In this document: positions 49,763 through 63,480 of the stretch, piece by piece
Layout: each line of letters opens with the position of its first letter
Numbering within the stretch: the stretch's first letter is position 1
Origin: Phoronis australis
Lineage: Eukaryota > Animalia > Phoronida
DNA: 63,951 nucleotides
Direction: 5' to 3'
NCBI GenBank assembly: GCA_002633005.1
Contig: NMRA01000497.1
Coordinates: 19,073 to 83,023 of the forward strand
Made by a program: the position numbers and the translations under genes
The notes under the pieces: generated by a model
The model's input: only the letters and a program-made list of their open reading frames with translations
The model's database searches: none
Told to the model about the DNA's origin: nothing

Positions 49763-51376
49763 GGCCCGGTAAGAAGCTATGTTCAGCTTTATAGTTCAGT
49801 GGCCGTGTTGAATCCTTGAAGAGAAAAAATCACTAAGACAAACAACAGATTCACGTGTTCGCCCATCAAAATTAACAATAAATTGCACCTGTTCTGGATG
49901 AAGCTCTTTCTGTCTTAATGACAGACGTCGCTCAATTCTCCCCACCCTTGTATTTCTTAGACCCTGTTTCGCGATGCAGTTCAGAAAAAGAGGAGCTTGA
50001 GTCCGCAGGTTGACCATGTCACATTTCGCGAATCCAGCCTAAAGAGTATGTCGTAATTAAGTGACCCTGTAAGCGTCATGCCCCTGCCGGAAATCCAGAT
50101 CCTGTTTTATCCGTTTTCTTGTAGCATATGCATGTACACACGAATGTGCCATGACAGCGTTTTCTCGTTCAGTGACTTAACCAGACATAGGGGGGTTCTG
50201 AGTGTGTGATAACATCTAGTAGCTTCTTTGTTAACTGCCAAGCACACTCTTTTGTCTGTTATGACAACAAGCAGGACGATTATCTACCAGGCTTATTATA
50301 GACCACCTGTGAAGACAGTTAAACTCAGAGTAATTGGTGTATTTGGAAAGAATAGATTGTCGTAACTTCGGTTGCAGTTGGACGATTTTGGCGATTCAAA
50401 AACTAAACATGATCACCATTTGACGAAGATTTAAGAAATGCTATTGGTTTATGTTCAGATATGCCATAACTAAACTTTTATTTTTAACTGCACAGCCCAG
50501 TCTGGGTAGATATGATCTTATTGGAGATTAGAGCAATTACCGAACACTGAAAAGAGAGCTGTCACCCTCCAAATGTAAATGCCAGAATGGAGTTAATCAG
50601 TCGTGTAAGATATTGACTACAGGGGTAAACTTCCCAACTAGTTGTTGGGCTATAGAATCGAACAAGTTGGGAGCAACGGGAAAACGCTGTAATGCAAATT
50701 AAGACTGCAGATAGAGATTTTAAAACGGCAAATGCAATAAACATAAAAAACCAAATCCAGGCCCTAGTAGACCTACGAGTCATTGCCACTTACCGCACCC
50801 GAATTAATTAAATTAACGACAAAACTAAGTTTTGATTTAGATCACTTGCCTCTATAAAATTGGAATCAAATTGTTTTTTACTGTCCGAAGAAAAGTGGTT
50901 TCCGTGCTTACAACAAAGAACTGGTCAGTTTTTCATTACTTGAGATCACGCTCAGTCCAAATGACCCGCCGTGACGCAAACACGACCCAGTCTCTCAATA
51001 ACTTTTTACTTTCGCGCCGTGGTGTGAGCCGGCCCGACGAGATTCGGACTCTGAGTTGAGCTGTCTCAAACCTGCAATACGAACTCAATGTTTAAATTTA
51101 TTATTTTCGTGTTGAATGAATTTATTACTCAAATTGTGAAATTTCAGCGCATCATTTGTCACGTCAAATGTTGAGGCTTGACACTGACAGGTTTTATTTT
51201 CATTGAGTAAATGCCGTGCACGCCCGCCGAGAAGAATGAGTTTCATTGTGATCTATTTTTCAATCAAAATAAGTCACACTGCCATACCTAGTCAGCTCGC
51301 TAAATGTCGCAAGTGTAAAAAGTTATTGAGAGACTAGGACACGTTTGCCGCCGTCGACAAGCCCTTCACAGAACCT

Positions 51377-51541
51377 GGCGTGCGTTCAGTAACGTTAGGA
51401 CCTACGCTAGGACCTACGCTATGACCTAGCTAAAATCTAACCAAAGCCTAATGTTCTCATTTAAAATACACGGCAATATCTCGCGTAATCTCACGAAGTC
51501 TTGCTTTTTTGTAAGGTCCTAGCGCTGCTGAACGAGAGGCC
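51377..51541. mobile_element. MITE (TAGGACCTA family), near-complete copy
   Basis: GGCGTGCGTTCAGTAACGTTAGGACCT versus AGGTCCTAGCGCTGCTGAACGAGAGGCC. Confidence 0.75.
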
Positions 51542-54500
51542 GGTATCACGTGCAATAACTTGCGTAGGCTAAGTCCAAGACCATTCTATCATGACTAAGA
51601 AACAATTTGAGACCAATTTCACAATGAAGAGTGTTCTAAATGAAAAGTTGATTTTTGTCACTGAAGTGTTTATAGCCGCCGCATTACTAACACTAAATTT
51701 CTTCAGCAATAGGTCCGTGCTCAAAAATCTACTCGCGGTATTAGTTTTGTATCTTGCGTTTTGTCATCCCACCAGAGCTGGGAAAATATCCGTGGCTCTA
51801 TTTTTTATTCGTAGAACAGTGATATTTTGAAAAATCAACTTACCCATGGTAACCACACTGCCGCCGTGTACTACTTTTAGCTCGGTCTACGTGCTAATGA
51901 CAGCTCGTTCGCGGTTGTCATTCTGCGCGGATAGCTCACTTGGTGATATTCAATAAACTCGTTCATGACTAAACATACTCCTAATTCAAGACAGTTCAAT
52001 AACATGATTACACTCGTTATCTACGAAAATAGCGACGTTCTGTTTAGATGTCTGAAAGTTGAATACCCTACTAACGATTGCTGAAAGCTAGGCCAATGCG
52101 CATAAATTGATTAATACCCATATAATTTACTTACAAAAACTCCCAATTAGAAACATGGCAGAATTAGTCACAATTTATGATCAAACAGACAGAGTTTCAC
52201 CATTTACACATACCAAGACAAAATGAACAGGTCGGAGGCTTCTTTCGAACTGAACGTTGGATCAAAAAGTTTTGTAGACCATTCAAATGTCCCCCCAAAT
52301 TTGGCCAACTTCAAAACATTTCAGAGGTAGATGACCCGATGGTTGTTAAGAAACCTTCAGATATTATGCGTTACACACTGTTCTCAGAACGCTGTTACGA
52401 ATTGTTTTTAAAGTGTTCCACTTTTGTTTGAGGGGCTATCAAAAAACTAAACTTTAATGATTTTTACGAAAAAAAAAAAAACAACGAAAGAACTGCAACA
52501 GCGATTTTGAGATTTCATCATGAACATTTTTATGTTAAACAAAACTCGATTATGTTGTTGATACCGTGGTTTACGGCTACCGAAGCCTCTTCCTTATTGA
52601 CATGTTAAATTTTAAAATGACGTGATGGTCACGTGACCCATAAACTAATGGCAGATTGGTGAATTAAAAATGAAATTCTACATGCTTTCTGTCTTCAGAA
52701 GGTATGTACTTTTACTGAATTAAAATCAATGATTTTATTGATAATGTGATAAATGCGCAGACTTGTCGATAAAGTCCCAGAACATGACTTTAACAATTAA
52801 ACAACTTAATACGGCGTTAGACAGAACAGAGGGACCCAATTTAATACTATATCTCAACAGATTAACCCGGACATTTGCTGCAGTCAGTTTGGATCGAGTC
52901 AAAGCGAATGTTAATCCTTCTGGGAATCTGTGGGCTATATTTACGGTCTCGGCACGTGTTTCGTAAGCTGCAACTTATTGACCGATATCCCTTATTTTCA
53001 TGTCGTATTACGTTTGGCGGTTATGTGACTCGCATCCACTATATCAAAAATAATTTTGCTGTAAGAATCCGCTGATCCCAGTGAGGTCTGGCCAATGCAA
53101 CCCTAACCATCAATGAACTTCACTTTTACATATTTCCAATACGAACGAGATTCTTTTAATAACATCTCGAGATATTTTTGATTACATTAGACCTTTCATA
53201 TCTTACCTGTACGTGCGGAGAATATGAAGAAAGCGGATTTTAGCTGGGTGTATAAATACAGATGCGTAGGACCCAGATTATGCGACTCGGTATTATGTAT
53301 ACAGAAGAAAGACCTTGTGAAAACGCTCGATCATTTTCCAGTGATTTTGCGCCGGCAGCATCGTGAAAGCCGCTAGCTTCCACATCAAACTAACAAGCTA
53401 ATCGACCATTTCATTTTCATGTAATTACAACAGCATTGATTCACAAACTCATCGTTAAGCAAATCACTTAGCGCGGCTGCCTTTACTTTATGTGCGGTTA
53501 ATGAGCAAATCAGATTCCAGCCAGTCAAGGATCACAGTGAGGGAAGAATGTACGCCGCAGACGACCGCAGCGGGCAGACGACCGGAGCGGGCAGACGACA
53601 GCGCGAGTCAAACCAAAACTAAACACAGAGATACATCACAATAATTATTTGACAAATCGTTGTAGCAAGATAATAGAATATTAAATTTATTTGCAAAGAC
53701 CTCAGTACAGAACTTGGATTTGATTACAAAAATCAATACCCAGGAAAAACACATTTAAAATAGATATCTTCAATCAACAACATAAATTAAGAATAAACAG
53801 CATAGAAATAGTCATGGATTCATTAAAAAAATATAACCCTGTGTAGGTTTCATGATCTGTAAAATTGCCAGTCATAAATAACTTCATGATAAACAAATTA
53901 AAACAGTAAAATCTTGGTCTGGATTACACAAAGTACATGAAGCAACAATGTAAGAGGCAACATAGTATAAATCAGATATTTTATGGTCACTTTACCAAAA
54001 TAACAAGAATTTAAAAGTGGCAACAAAAATACAGAAGTAATTCCTATCATCTCTCTCTTCCAGTTCTGTTTGTAAACAATTCCTTGATTAATATAGGTCT
54101 GTTTGTCATTTATAATATATTTTTTATTTTTTTTCCAAAACTTATTTATACATTACTGCATACATCTACGAAAAACTCATTGATTTTGGACAAAAAATAA
54201 TTGCCAAAATGTCCTTTTTTCACTTTCCAAGAACTGATATTGCTGTTAATGCTCTAAAATTTTCAAAACTTTGTTTGCTGGTAGCTATGGTACAAAAGTT
54301 CAACATGGAAAACCATTTCACATGGAGCTACATATTTTTCGTGGAAAAATAACTATTAAAGTGAAATGTCACTTGTGGGCCACATTATGTCCTAAATTGG
54401 CGAGCCTTACTGAAACCATTACAAAAACTTCCCATTTGAGTTCAACTCTAGAGGACAAAGATTTCCAAATCAAGCCTAAATTGGGATATCAATCTAGTCC

Positions 54501-56694
54501 ACTGTAACACATTCCGGGGTACTTTTGTCTAACATCATGACTCCTAAGCCAAATGAGTTGAAAGAGGGATTAAAACCACGTGGAAATACTTGAACAGCTA
54601 CCAGAGAACCAAAACCTAACACATCTATTTTCACTAAACAATATCAGATGGTCTTAGGCAAAAACCAGGAATCCAATTTCAGAAGTCCAAAAGTTAAAGT
54701 CACCAATTTTAGCCCAGGATTATGTTAATAAATTTATTTTAGCCAGACAGTGTTTTATTTCTACGAAGCCTCCTTAACGCCGGAAATAATTTCCTCCACA
54801 CAAAAAGGACCTCAGGTTCGTGATCCTGGTAAACAGACTTCTTGATGACAGTGGTTCTTCTACAAATCTCTGAACAAAGTACAAGATGCTATGAAATGGG
54901 ACCAGCTTCTAGTGTTTCTTGACTTATTCAAGTTGGACTGACGTGATTCAATTTACTGAATGTCAATCTTTACTCATTAAATTCCATAGCAACTATATGA
55001 GAATTTAATTAAATTCTGGCCAACAGTGTATCAATTTTCTTACTCATTATATGTCTGAATTTTACAATAATTTCCAGTAAGTAGTAGCACTCTGAAAGCA
55101 TGATGAATCTGACTTCTCACTGGTTAAAAGAATGAAAAAAAAATGAGTACACTCCAATCGGCTGGAAGGCTACATTCGAACATTCCGATTGGTCAAAAGT
55201 TGATATATGCCTTTGTGACTTGCAGGTGTTGGAATAACAACAGACTAAATCTATGCATTCCACACAAGTTTGTGTTCTGTATCTCACTAAACATAGCAAG
55301 GCATCAACTAAAACAAAAAATGATTCACTATAACAATACTTATCCAATTCATTCCGACCATTAGTTTACGACAAATGCCTAAACTAGGTCATGTGCACTG
55401 ACGCTCACACAAACAGAAATCTGCTTGTCAAAGCATCTTCCTTGCACTTCCCACAGATGGCGCTCTGAAACAGTGTATGCTTAACTAAACATTATTCAGC
55501 CCAAGTAGTTCCACCTACTCCAGTAATGCCAACGTGAATCAGTGACCCAAACATGATTTTCTGCTCGCTTAACGGGGTTTTGGCTCAACATAGACAACAC
55601 CACAGGGTTTTCACTAATTACTGTGCGATCTATGCACATATTGAACAGATCAAATGAATGGAAATAAAGGAATTAAAATGACTATTTTGATGTCTCCCTT
55701 AACATAAGTGTGTCTGAGGCGGTCACTTGGGAATCACTAGTAATAAGCTGAGTAGATCACAAATCTTATAGCAAGCTCATTAGTGAAAAAGTCGATACAC
55801 ACAGTAATTTAGATCTTTTAAGCATAATGCTAATCAGCCATGGTGATATTCTCCAGATATTGCTTATGGGAAACATTGCTCTTTGAATTTCAAAAATCTA
55901 CGTTATTCTAATTTTCCTGACAAGTTGCAAATTGAAAAAATTCATTCTAAACAAAAGAGAATTCACACTGACTAACAATAAATGATCCATCTCCGTTGTG
56001 TATTATTACACAACCACTGATAATTCTGTTCTTGGATTGACTGAAACGCGGGATGATAACTTTTGCTACCAGGTATCGTTCACCAAGCTGCCCAAACATC
56101 ACTTGTTATTATTTGCGATCTGACCAATCATAAACCTTTGACTACAAAGCAAGAGAAGCAGGGAACAACATGCCAATCTAATAAAAAACAAAAAAAAAAA
56201 AACAGGAAGAAGCATCAGTGGTCATTTAATACAACAAATATGGACCAGTGCCTTGGGCATATCACGATGGACCTCAAAAAAGCAACAACGCTCTCTCCAT
56301 CAGTCCATATGACCAGATATCATCCTCAACATCGGTAAATATTCGTAGGGACAATGTTAATGTATCTAGCTATCACTCTTCCACCAAACTTCAATACTCA
56401 GTTATATTAAGATGGTCAGTCAAGAGTATTACAATGCCATGGAGACCATGGTCGATTTGCAGCCTACACTTTGGATGAATATATATAATGGCAGTCCACA
56501 ATTGGGGTAGCTTTCAGCTTGATGACATTTGAGGTGTATAAACACTAACTAGCTAGCTACAAGAGAGGACGGCGTAAGTCCTGCCCTTCTAATGCCACTC
56601 ACAAAGTGCACACACACAATAGAGTGTTTTTCTCAGACTAGCACTCTGCACACACTGTGTCTCATTTCTGTAATGATGAACAAGCTCGCTCGTC

Positions 56695-56797
56695 TTAGGT
56701 TTGTCCGTCAAAATCAATCTCTAAAGCCGAATTTTCAGCCTTGATTCTCGATAGACTCTTAAGTCCTTTACACCCATAAATATGCAAGGCTCGTAAT
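56695..56797 (-). CDS. LRR-CC gene terminal exon
   Basis: LRALHIYGCKGLKSL...DFDGQT-TAA after TTTCAG acceptor. Confidence 0.85.
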
Positions 56798-59700
56798 CTG
56801 AAATGAGACATCGGAAGACCCATTAAAGGACAGTCAAACAAGTGTGACAAACATCCATGTTTGGTGTACAAATTATGGAGGGCTGCACAAACTTCTTGCT
56901 TTTCGCAAAATCAAATCATGTTACGACGGTATGATATCATTGTCACGCCAACATTAGAAAATAAGAAAATCAAATACTAGAAACACAGGGAGAGCTCAGA
57001 CCTCCACCAATACATTACCCAGTACAGGATAAGAGAAACTGGACAAAATACGATTTCCCTGTCATTATGGCTAGTCATGTTAGTGGCAAAAATGGCATAT
57101 GACGACTATTATTAGTGGCAAAATTCTTATTGCAGAAAGGCTTCGCTACTTTTCTACATTTCCTGTTAACTGCCCTTCATTTTCAAGTCACGAGGGATGG
57201 CTATACTGATGATGATTTCAGCTTCCTGCCAGAAGTTGTGGCGTGGAATTTTGGAACATTTTGTCAGAATACTTTTGACGTGTACTGTGCGTCAGGCCAA
57301 TATGTTAAACATGCGGGTTCTATCCCTCGTATTTCAAAGACTTGCATGCCATCAATTATGACACATGCAGGCGTTACAATATTGCAGCACGCCAGCATAT
57401 TTTTTTCTGTAGAACTTAATAAATAATCCTTTTCTATTGTTTTGTACTTTAAACATACATTAAACAATCGCATCAACTGAAATTATTCCAAAATCTTATC
57501 TATTGAATTCTTACACTCTTTTCAGCCCCACCTGAGAATTTCACATTCGTGCACGATACTTTGAGACCAGTGCCTGATACACACAAATGCAAAAACGCAT
57601 TCATATCCTAAATTTACTACTATCACGTTTGCACGTAGAGAGACCAGATCTAATGCTTAAAAGTAGCATTCACAAAATTAATTTAAAGCAACCAACAAAC
57701 TGTATTACGAGAAACCAGTACAACATTCAAGTACAAAATATTAACATTTTGTAAATCATTTGGGATAACCATGGATGGGCCGAGCCACAAGTAATGGGAT
57801 TAATGACGAAAATAACATTTGCAGCCCGTTGCCCAAAGCATTCTGGAAATTCAGACACTTTTGCACTGTTTGGCTGAAACTGTCTATTGTATAATTTTAT
57901 GTAAATCCTTAAACTATTGTCACCAACAGTCAGCAATTCAAAGTCTCTTGCATACCCTTTATAGTTATTGTCATTTTAGATAACACTACACCAATTTTTA
58001 AAAATTGAAGACACAACACCTGTATAATTTTTTTGCTGAAAACATCGCGGAGACTATTTTCTCGAAATTTTAAAGTTTAAATTCATAAATTAGGCCCGAG
58101 TTGTTTACCATGAATGCTTGTTACCAGTGCTTAATCAAGCCTCTGCCAACTCCAACAGCCTTGGGCATGTGAGCTATTGGAGCCTACGGCTTTTGGCATG
58201 ACACCATTTTGCTGGGACTACAGGCTGGGTAAGAATGCCCTGATTCCTATAAATGGTGCAGAGGGTGTAATTGAAGAATTTTACAAACGTTGGAATGAAG
58301 CGTTCTCGTGGCAAGAAGGCAGACCTGTAGTCAACACTGTATGCAGCCAATCATGTGGTAAATCACATGTCTGACAGATGTTCACATGAAAAGTTTTTCA
58401 CATGGTGGATCAAATTCTGGATCTACCTTTGGATCGGAAGACATGTGAACGATGCAGAGGAAGATGAAAAATGTGATATTGTATTACAAATATACAAATT
58501 TGGTCAGATCTACCAGTATTACATGAACGATGATACAACTAGCTTATTCATCAGCATACAGTGCCTGGCTGCAGGAAACAGTCCCAAATAGGAACTCAAC
58601 TAAGTACCTTAAATCTATTGCATATTTGTGACTCCTTTCTTAGGCTGTTTCAGTCCCATTACTACTCAATTTTTGGCTTTGACACAAATCGAAAGTGAAC
58701 CCTACATTGATCTTTTCATGCAATTAATTTAAGGACTAAGTCCCTAATTTGATTGAATTAAAGGCAATTTTTAGTTGCCTTATTAGAAAAATAAATAAAT
58801 GTCATTAGTCGAAGAGGAGCTCACAATAAAAATAAATGACAGAGTAAAGTACGATACAAATACACAAAAGATTTAGGGAACTTAGTTGAGTCCCTGTTTG
58901 GGACTGTTTCATGCAATCCTACAGAGGGCTCTGTTGACAGAAGTTATTACACCATCAAACCTCACCTTCTGCAGTGTTTAGCTAATTTGACTAGGCTGCC
59001 CTCTGTGATGTCCTTACAAAAGCTGACCTTCACCGATTCCAGGCACCGGTTGGCATAACTTGCCAACATATTTATACTGTAAACAAGAACACAACACATA
59101 ATTATTTCAACCCAATGATTGACAAGTTATGCAAAACCCAAGAAAAATACCCAAATTTGGTCAAACTGTTTTTAAAATGTTACACATTTGTATTAAGTGC
59201 TATAAAAATGGGACTTTTATGATTTCATGAATGAACTTAGAACTGACATTATGCAAAAAGAAAAGGAAAATTTAGAACACTGACAAAAGTTTAGGGATCT
59301 TGTTTTGAATATTTAATACATGAATGGAACATTCATGACCTTAAATGGTAACATTATTGATACCAGATTTTTTTGCTACCAAGTACCCATTTTGGAATTT
59401 TACAAAAATACACGGTCATCACTGAGAGAGTTAGCGATCTGTTGTTTTGTAAAAAGTTTGCATAACTCACAGATTTGCTGATTTTGTTATTGATAACAAG
59501 TATTTTTCTTTGAATGAAAATAAGTGAGAAGTTGATAATCTGCATATCAATTGTACACACTTAGTATGCGCAACACCTTTCGGTTAAATAAATAACAACA
59601 AAAATTTATGACTCAGTGGGACATGTCATCAAAAGTGGTTTTTGATGAAACAACTTCAATAATGTTGACAAATTTTTGTCTGGCACACCTACTCTGAATA

Positions 59701-62700
59701 GCAAAAAATTCTCGAGCACATCGAAAGTTTGAAATTTCGATCAACACATCTCACTAATTCACTAAAATAACTTTAACTAACAGCCCAAATGTAACTGTTA
59801 ATAATGTTTATTAATTGCACACACAGTATGAGTGCATAGTAACCAGTCCTATTCAAATCAGTGATAATAGCATGTTAATTGAAGCCTAAAGATTGCGTAA
59901 CAGCAATGCTGCATCAATTGTTAGTTCTTAATCACCCAATGGTCTCATTTGTTCCAAGATCAGGTTCATTGCTCCAATGTTTTTGAAAATCAATAATTTT
60001 CAGTCATGTCTAAAACTACCATTCATACCAATTTTACCATGTTAGATAAGTTGATTGAAGATTTCTAAGGTTAAAATCTTGCAGATTACAAAATATAAGT
60101 CAAATTCATTGCTAGTTATTGAGAAGCCTAGACAGAGTTAGACGTCCTGCTAACATGGCTTGTGTTAACAAAACGATTTACTCAAGAATTTATTCAAGTG
60201 AGATGCTATTCAATACAAATGTATCAACAGAAATTCATACAAAAAGAGCATTTTAAGAAATCAGGAAGCCTACAATAGATGGCGCAGTGTTGGTACACCA
60301 ACGCTCAACTTTCTAATCTCTAATGTATCAAACTACATATAGTGTACATGTAATGCCATCAACAAGCCAAATATTATTTGAACATTAAGCCAGTGACCAT
60401 TACAGCACTGCCCACTGTACAACATGGGTCAAAGGTCATATAACTCTGACCTTTGACACAAATGCTATACCTCTTATGGGTTATGCCTGTAGAACTGAGA
60501 TCAATGTCCCGTAGGTTGACACAGGCATTAGTCAGTGCCTGAACTCCAGAATCACTGACATGTTTACAGCCACTGACATCCAGCAACCTACAACAACAAG
60601 CCAAATGTTTAGATTTGAAGTGACAAGTCTCAAATCATAGGTAATTGACAGTCAGATGAGAAGTCACATAAGCCAAAGTGCCTGGACCATGAGTATGTTA
60701 AATAACAGCTAGGCAAAGCAAGGAAATATGCCCAAACCTGCACCGCAAAGAATGTGCTTCTAGGGTGTTTATTAACATAATTGTAAAAATGACCACTATG
60801 TGGTGCAGAGTATGTTGAACTCTTTCGAAGATGGAAAGACCTCGTAATCTCCCTAAAAGAAACACATTTGCCAAATTTCATGAAACTGTCAAGGAACTCT
60901 GAAGATACAGAGATAAACGCAAAAAACGCCACTAGGAGACAGTCCTCATACCTACACAGTCCTCATATTACCTACACATCAGTCCTCATACCTACACAGT
61001 CCTCATACCTACACAGTCCTCATACCTACACAGTCCTCATACCTACACAGTCCTCATACCTACAGGAAAGTTACTGCCATCTGTTGTCACATTAAGAGAA
61101 AAACACTATTGCAAAATTTAACAAAATTCTGGCAGCTGATACAAAAAACACAAATAATTGCCACTAGAGTGCGTCTTTAGTAAATAACCCAACCAAAAAT
61201 CAATGTCTGACGTGGTCTTCCTGGCAGAAACACATCTGCCAATTTTCATAATTAATCCTTGCACTGGCTATTCATGTGGTGCAGAATCTGTTGAGTCTAA
61301 TTGAAAAGGAGAGCGCGTCATTGTCTTTTTAATAGAAAACAGTTTGTCAAATTTCATAAAAATCCATCCAGGAAGTCCAAAAATGAAATTGGCAAATGTA
61401 AAAAGACTAAAATTACCATCACCTGTCATCAGTTTCCTGGAAACACATCAGTCACAACTCATTAGGTTCCTGCAAGGGGTTTCAGAGACATTGGATGCCA
61501 GACGCTCAGGCAGAGATGATAACATGTGCTCACGTATGCATAATGTATACGTGGGCGCATAATTGAAGTGAATTTTTCGCAAGTCATACATCAAAATGAA
61601 TAACGATCTTTGATCTGGGTACTAAAAAATCCTCAACGACGTGTGTCTGCATTCTCCACCAATCATCATGGATCACAGTTGTCCGACGACCCCGAATAAT
61701 GTGTTTTGAAATTACTGTTATTTATGAAAAGAAACCTAAGTTACAAAATAACGGTTTCATGCATTCATTACACAAGACCATCCCACTATACCTGATGCAG
61801 GGCAGGTGGATGGCCACATCTTTCAATGACGAATCTGTTACATGAATGCAGTTTGCTAAAATCAAGGACTCGAGTTTTCTACAGTGGCGGGCTATTTTCC
61901 TCACACAGTTATCTTTCACCTAAAATAAAATAAAATAAAGTAAAAAAAAGTAAGCAATTAATAAGTTAGAAACTGCTCAAGATGCTTTCCATCACTGGCT
62001 GAAAACGTCTCAAAGGTGTAATTAAACAGGTGCCATTTTCATTCAGTAAAATGCTCATTTTTGGATAAACACCCATGTCTGAATTGGCAAGGACTTTGTT
62101 TTCAAAAGCTTACGTGAATCTTACGCTGTAGGCCTACACCCATTTGCGTTTTTAGTTACTTAGATCAAATGTCTAAGTCACTGACCTCAAAAGAATGCAA
62201 CTTCTTATTTGGCAATTAAGTAATATTTGATTTTCTGTTTTAACAGAATCGAGATTTATATTATCCATTAATAAAACAGACAGACACGCTTGACTATGTC
62301 CAGAGGATAATAAACCAATCTCAAAGAGAAATTTTGCAGAAAACTTGGGAACAATAGCTCAGGAAAAGAACCTACAATCATATTTAATACACAGTGTCAA
62401 GTGCTTTGCTAGTAAGTATCAACATACTAACTTTTAATTAAAATTTCTATTAAACTATTTTGTATTGATTCTTTTCTTAGTATCACGAAAAAGTATTAAA
62501 ATTCCATACACAAATTACCTTGTGGCCCCTTGCATTAAAGCTGTGTTTGCGTGCCCCTAACTATGCTAATGTATTAGCAGGAACTATAAGACAATGCTAT
62601 TTGAACATCATCCATGCTAAAAAGTGCAAATGTATTCATTGACAACTTGTAAATGCAAAAAAAAAAATCTGCAAATAGGTGACCTTTATACTAATGACGT

Positions 62701-63139
62701 ACCTTGGGCGCTCACATAATCCGCATCATGCAGTGTTATTCCCTAACACCACGTCATGATACTTAATGGACACGATTGAGTGATTTACTGTGGATCATTT
62801 TTGACACAAAACTCCTAAGAAACAACATTTGGAAATTTTCAACCTACTTACATCACTGTATGTTGTGTTTCTAACTAATTTGACCAAGCAATCACAGAGA
62901 TAAGGAATTAGCGTGCAAGTTCCACTTTAAACCTGACGTATTGTCATTGTCTAGGGAAATACATGGTGAAAATGTTGTACCTAGATTCAGGGGCAATAAA
63001 AATGTTTTCACATTGATTCAAAAAGAACAAATATCATGGGAATGTCAGGACAATGCCTTACCTGCTTGCAGCCTCGTAGATCCAAATATTCCAAGAATGA
63101 CAAGTTTTTGGAAAATTCAAAAATGCTAGCGTCCGTGAG
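56695..63139 (-). CDS. 3' part of a cysteine-containing LRR protein gene (F-box/LRR, FBXL/AMN1-type repeats); 5' end lies beyond the window
   Basis: Exons 63139-63062, 61919-61792, 60587-60471, 59076-58966, 56797-56695, phase-consistent, ending TAA; 26-aa repeats such as LEYLDLRGCKQVKD, LESLILANCIHVTD, LLDVSGCKHVSD. The F-box itself is not seen. Confidence 0.88.
58966..59076 (-). CDS. LRR-CC gene exon
   Basis: INMLASYANRCLESVKVSFCKDITEGSLVKLAKHCR; GTGAG donor. Confidence 0.88.
60471..60587 (-). CDS. LRR-CC gene exon
   Basis: LLDVSGCKHVSDSGVQALTNACVNLRDIDLSST. Confidence 0.9.
60780..61562 (-). mobile_element. Degenerate HINE-like repeat in reverse orientation
   Basis: Repeated CCAAATTTCAT-type units (about 60870, 61240, 61348) and terminal hairpin ATGTGCTCACGTAT..ATACGTGGGCGCAT at 61524-61560. 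Confidence 0.45.
60939..61063. repeat. 17-bp minisatellite (ACAGTCCTCATACCTAC)x7
   Basis: Five perfect units and two with 3-nt insertions. Confidence 0.92.
61792..61919 (-). CDS. LRR-CC gene exon
   Basis: VKDNCVRKIARHCRKLESLILANCIHVTDSSL. Confidence 0.9.
63062..63139 (-). CDS. LRR-CC gene exon
   Basis: LTDASIFEFSKNLSFLEYLDLRGCKQ; 78 nt, CAG|GTAAGG donor. Confidence 0.85.
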
Positions 63140-63231
63140 CTGAAACACGCAATGTACAGGTGCTGTGAGACACTATGAAGTAAAACAACAATTTGAGAAA
63201 ATATGGACAATCAATAGTCCGGACAGAGAAA

Positions 63232-63349
63232 GGCAGTGTGGCCTAGTGGGTTGAGTGCCCCCATCCTGTTCTCAAAGTGGTGGGTTGAAATCCCACTCGA
63301 CCCACTGATGGACTCTTGAGTTAGGTCTCTAGCTGCTCAACTGGGTCTT
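63232..63349 (+). mobile_element. tRNA-derived SINE head, degenerate
   Basis: A-box TGGCCTAGTGG and B-box-like GGTTGAAATCC; no credible cloverleaf. Confidence 0.5.
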
Positions 63350-63351
63350 AA

Positions 63352-63480
63352 TTTGTAAATATTACATGTTAATATTAAATGTTACATGTAATTATGTAAA
63401 TATTACATGTTATAATTATTGTAAATATTACATGTTATATGTAATTATGTAAACATTACAAGTTATATGTAATTATGCAA
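63352..63480. repeat. AT-rich imperfect tandem repeat (TGTAAATATTACATGTTA-like)
   Basis: Repeated ATATTACATGT / TAATTATGTAA units. Confidence 0.75.

Noticed and set aside
49796-49798. Selenocysteine or programmed readthrough at the in-frame TGA
   Set aside because: No readthrough context, no SECIS recognised, and the downstream ATG already begins a good signal peptide
60939-61063. CRISPR-like array
   Set aside because: Units are contiguous with no unique spacers, there are no cas genes, and the context is a eukaryotic intron
63232-63310. tRNA gene
   Set aside because: A and B boxes are present but acceptor and anticodon stems do not pair; better explained as a SINE head
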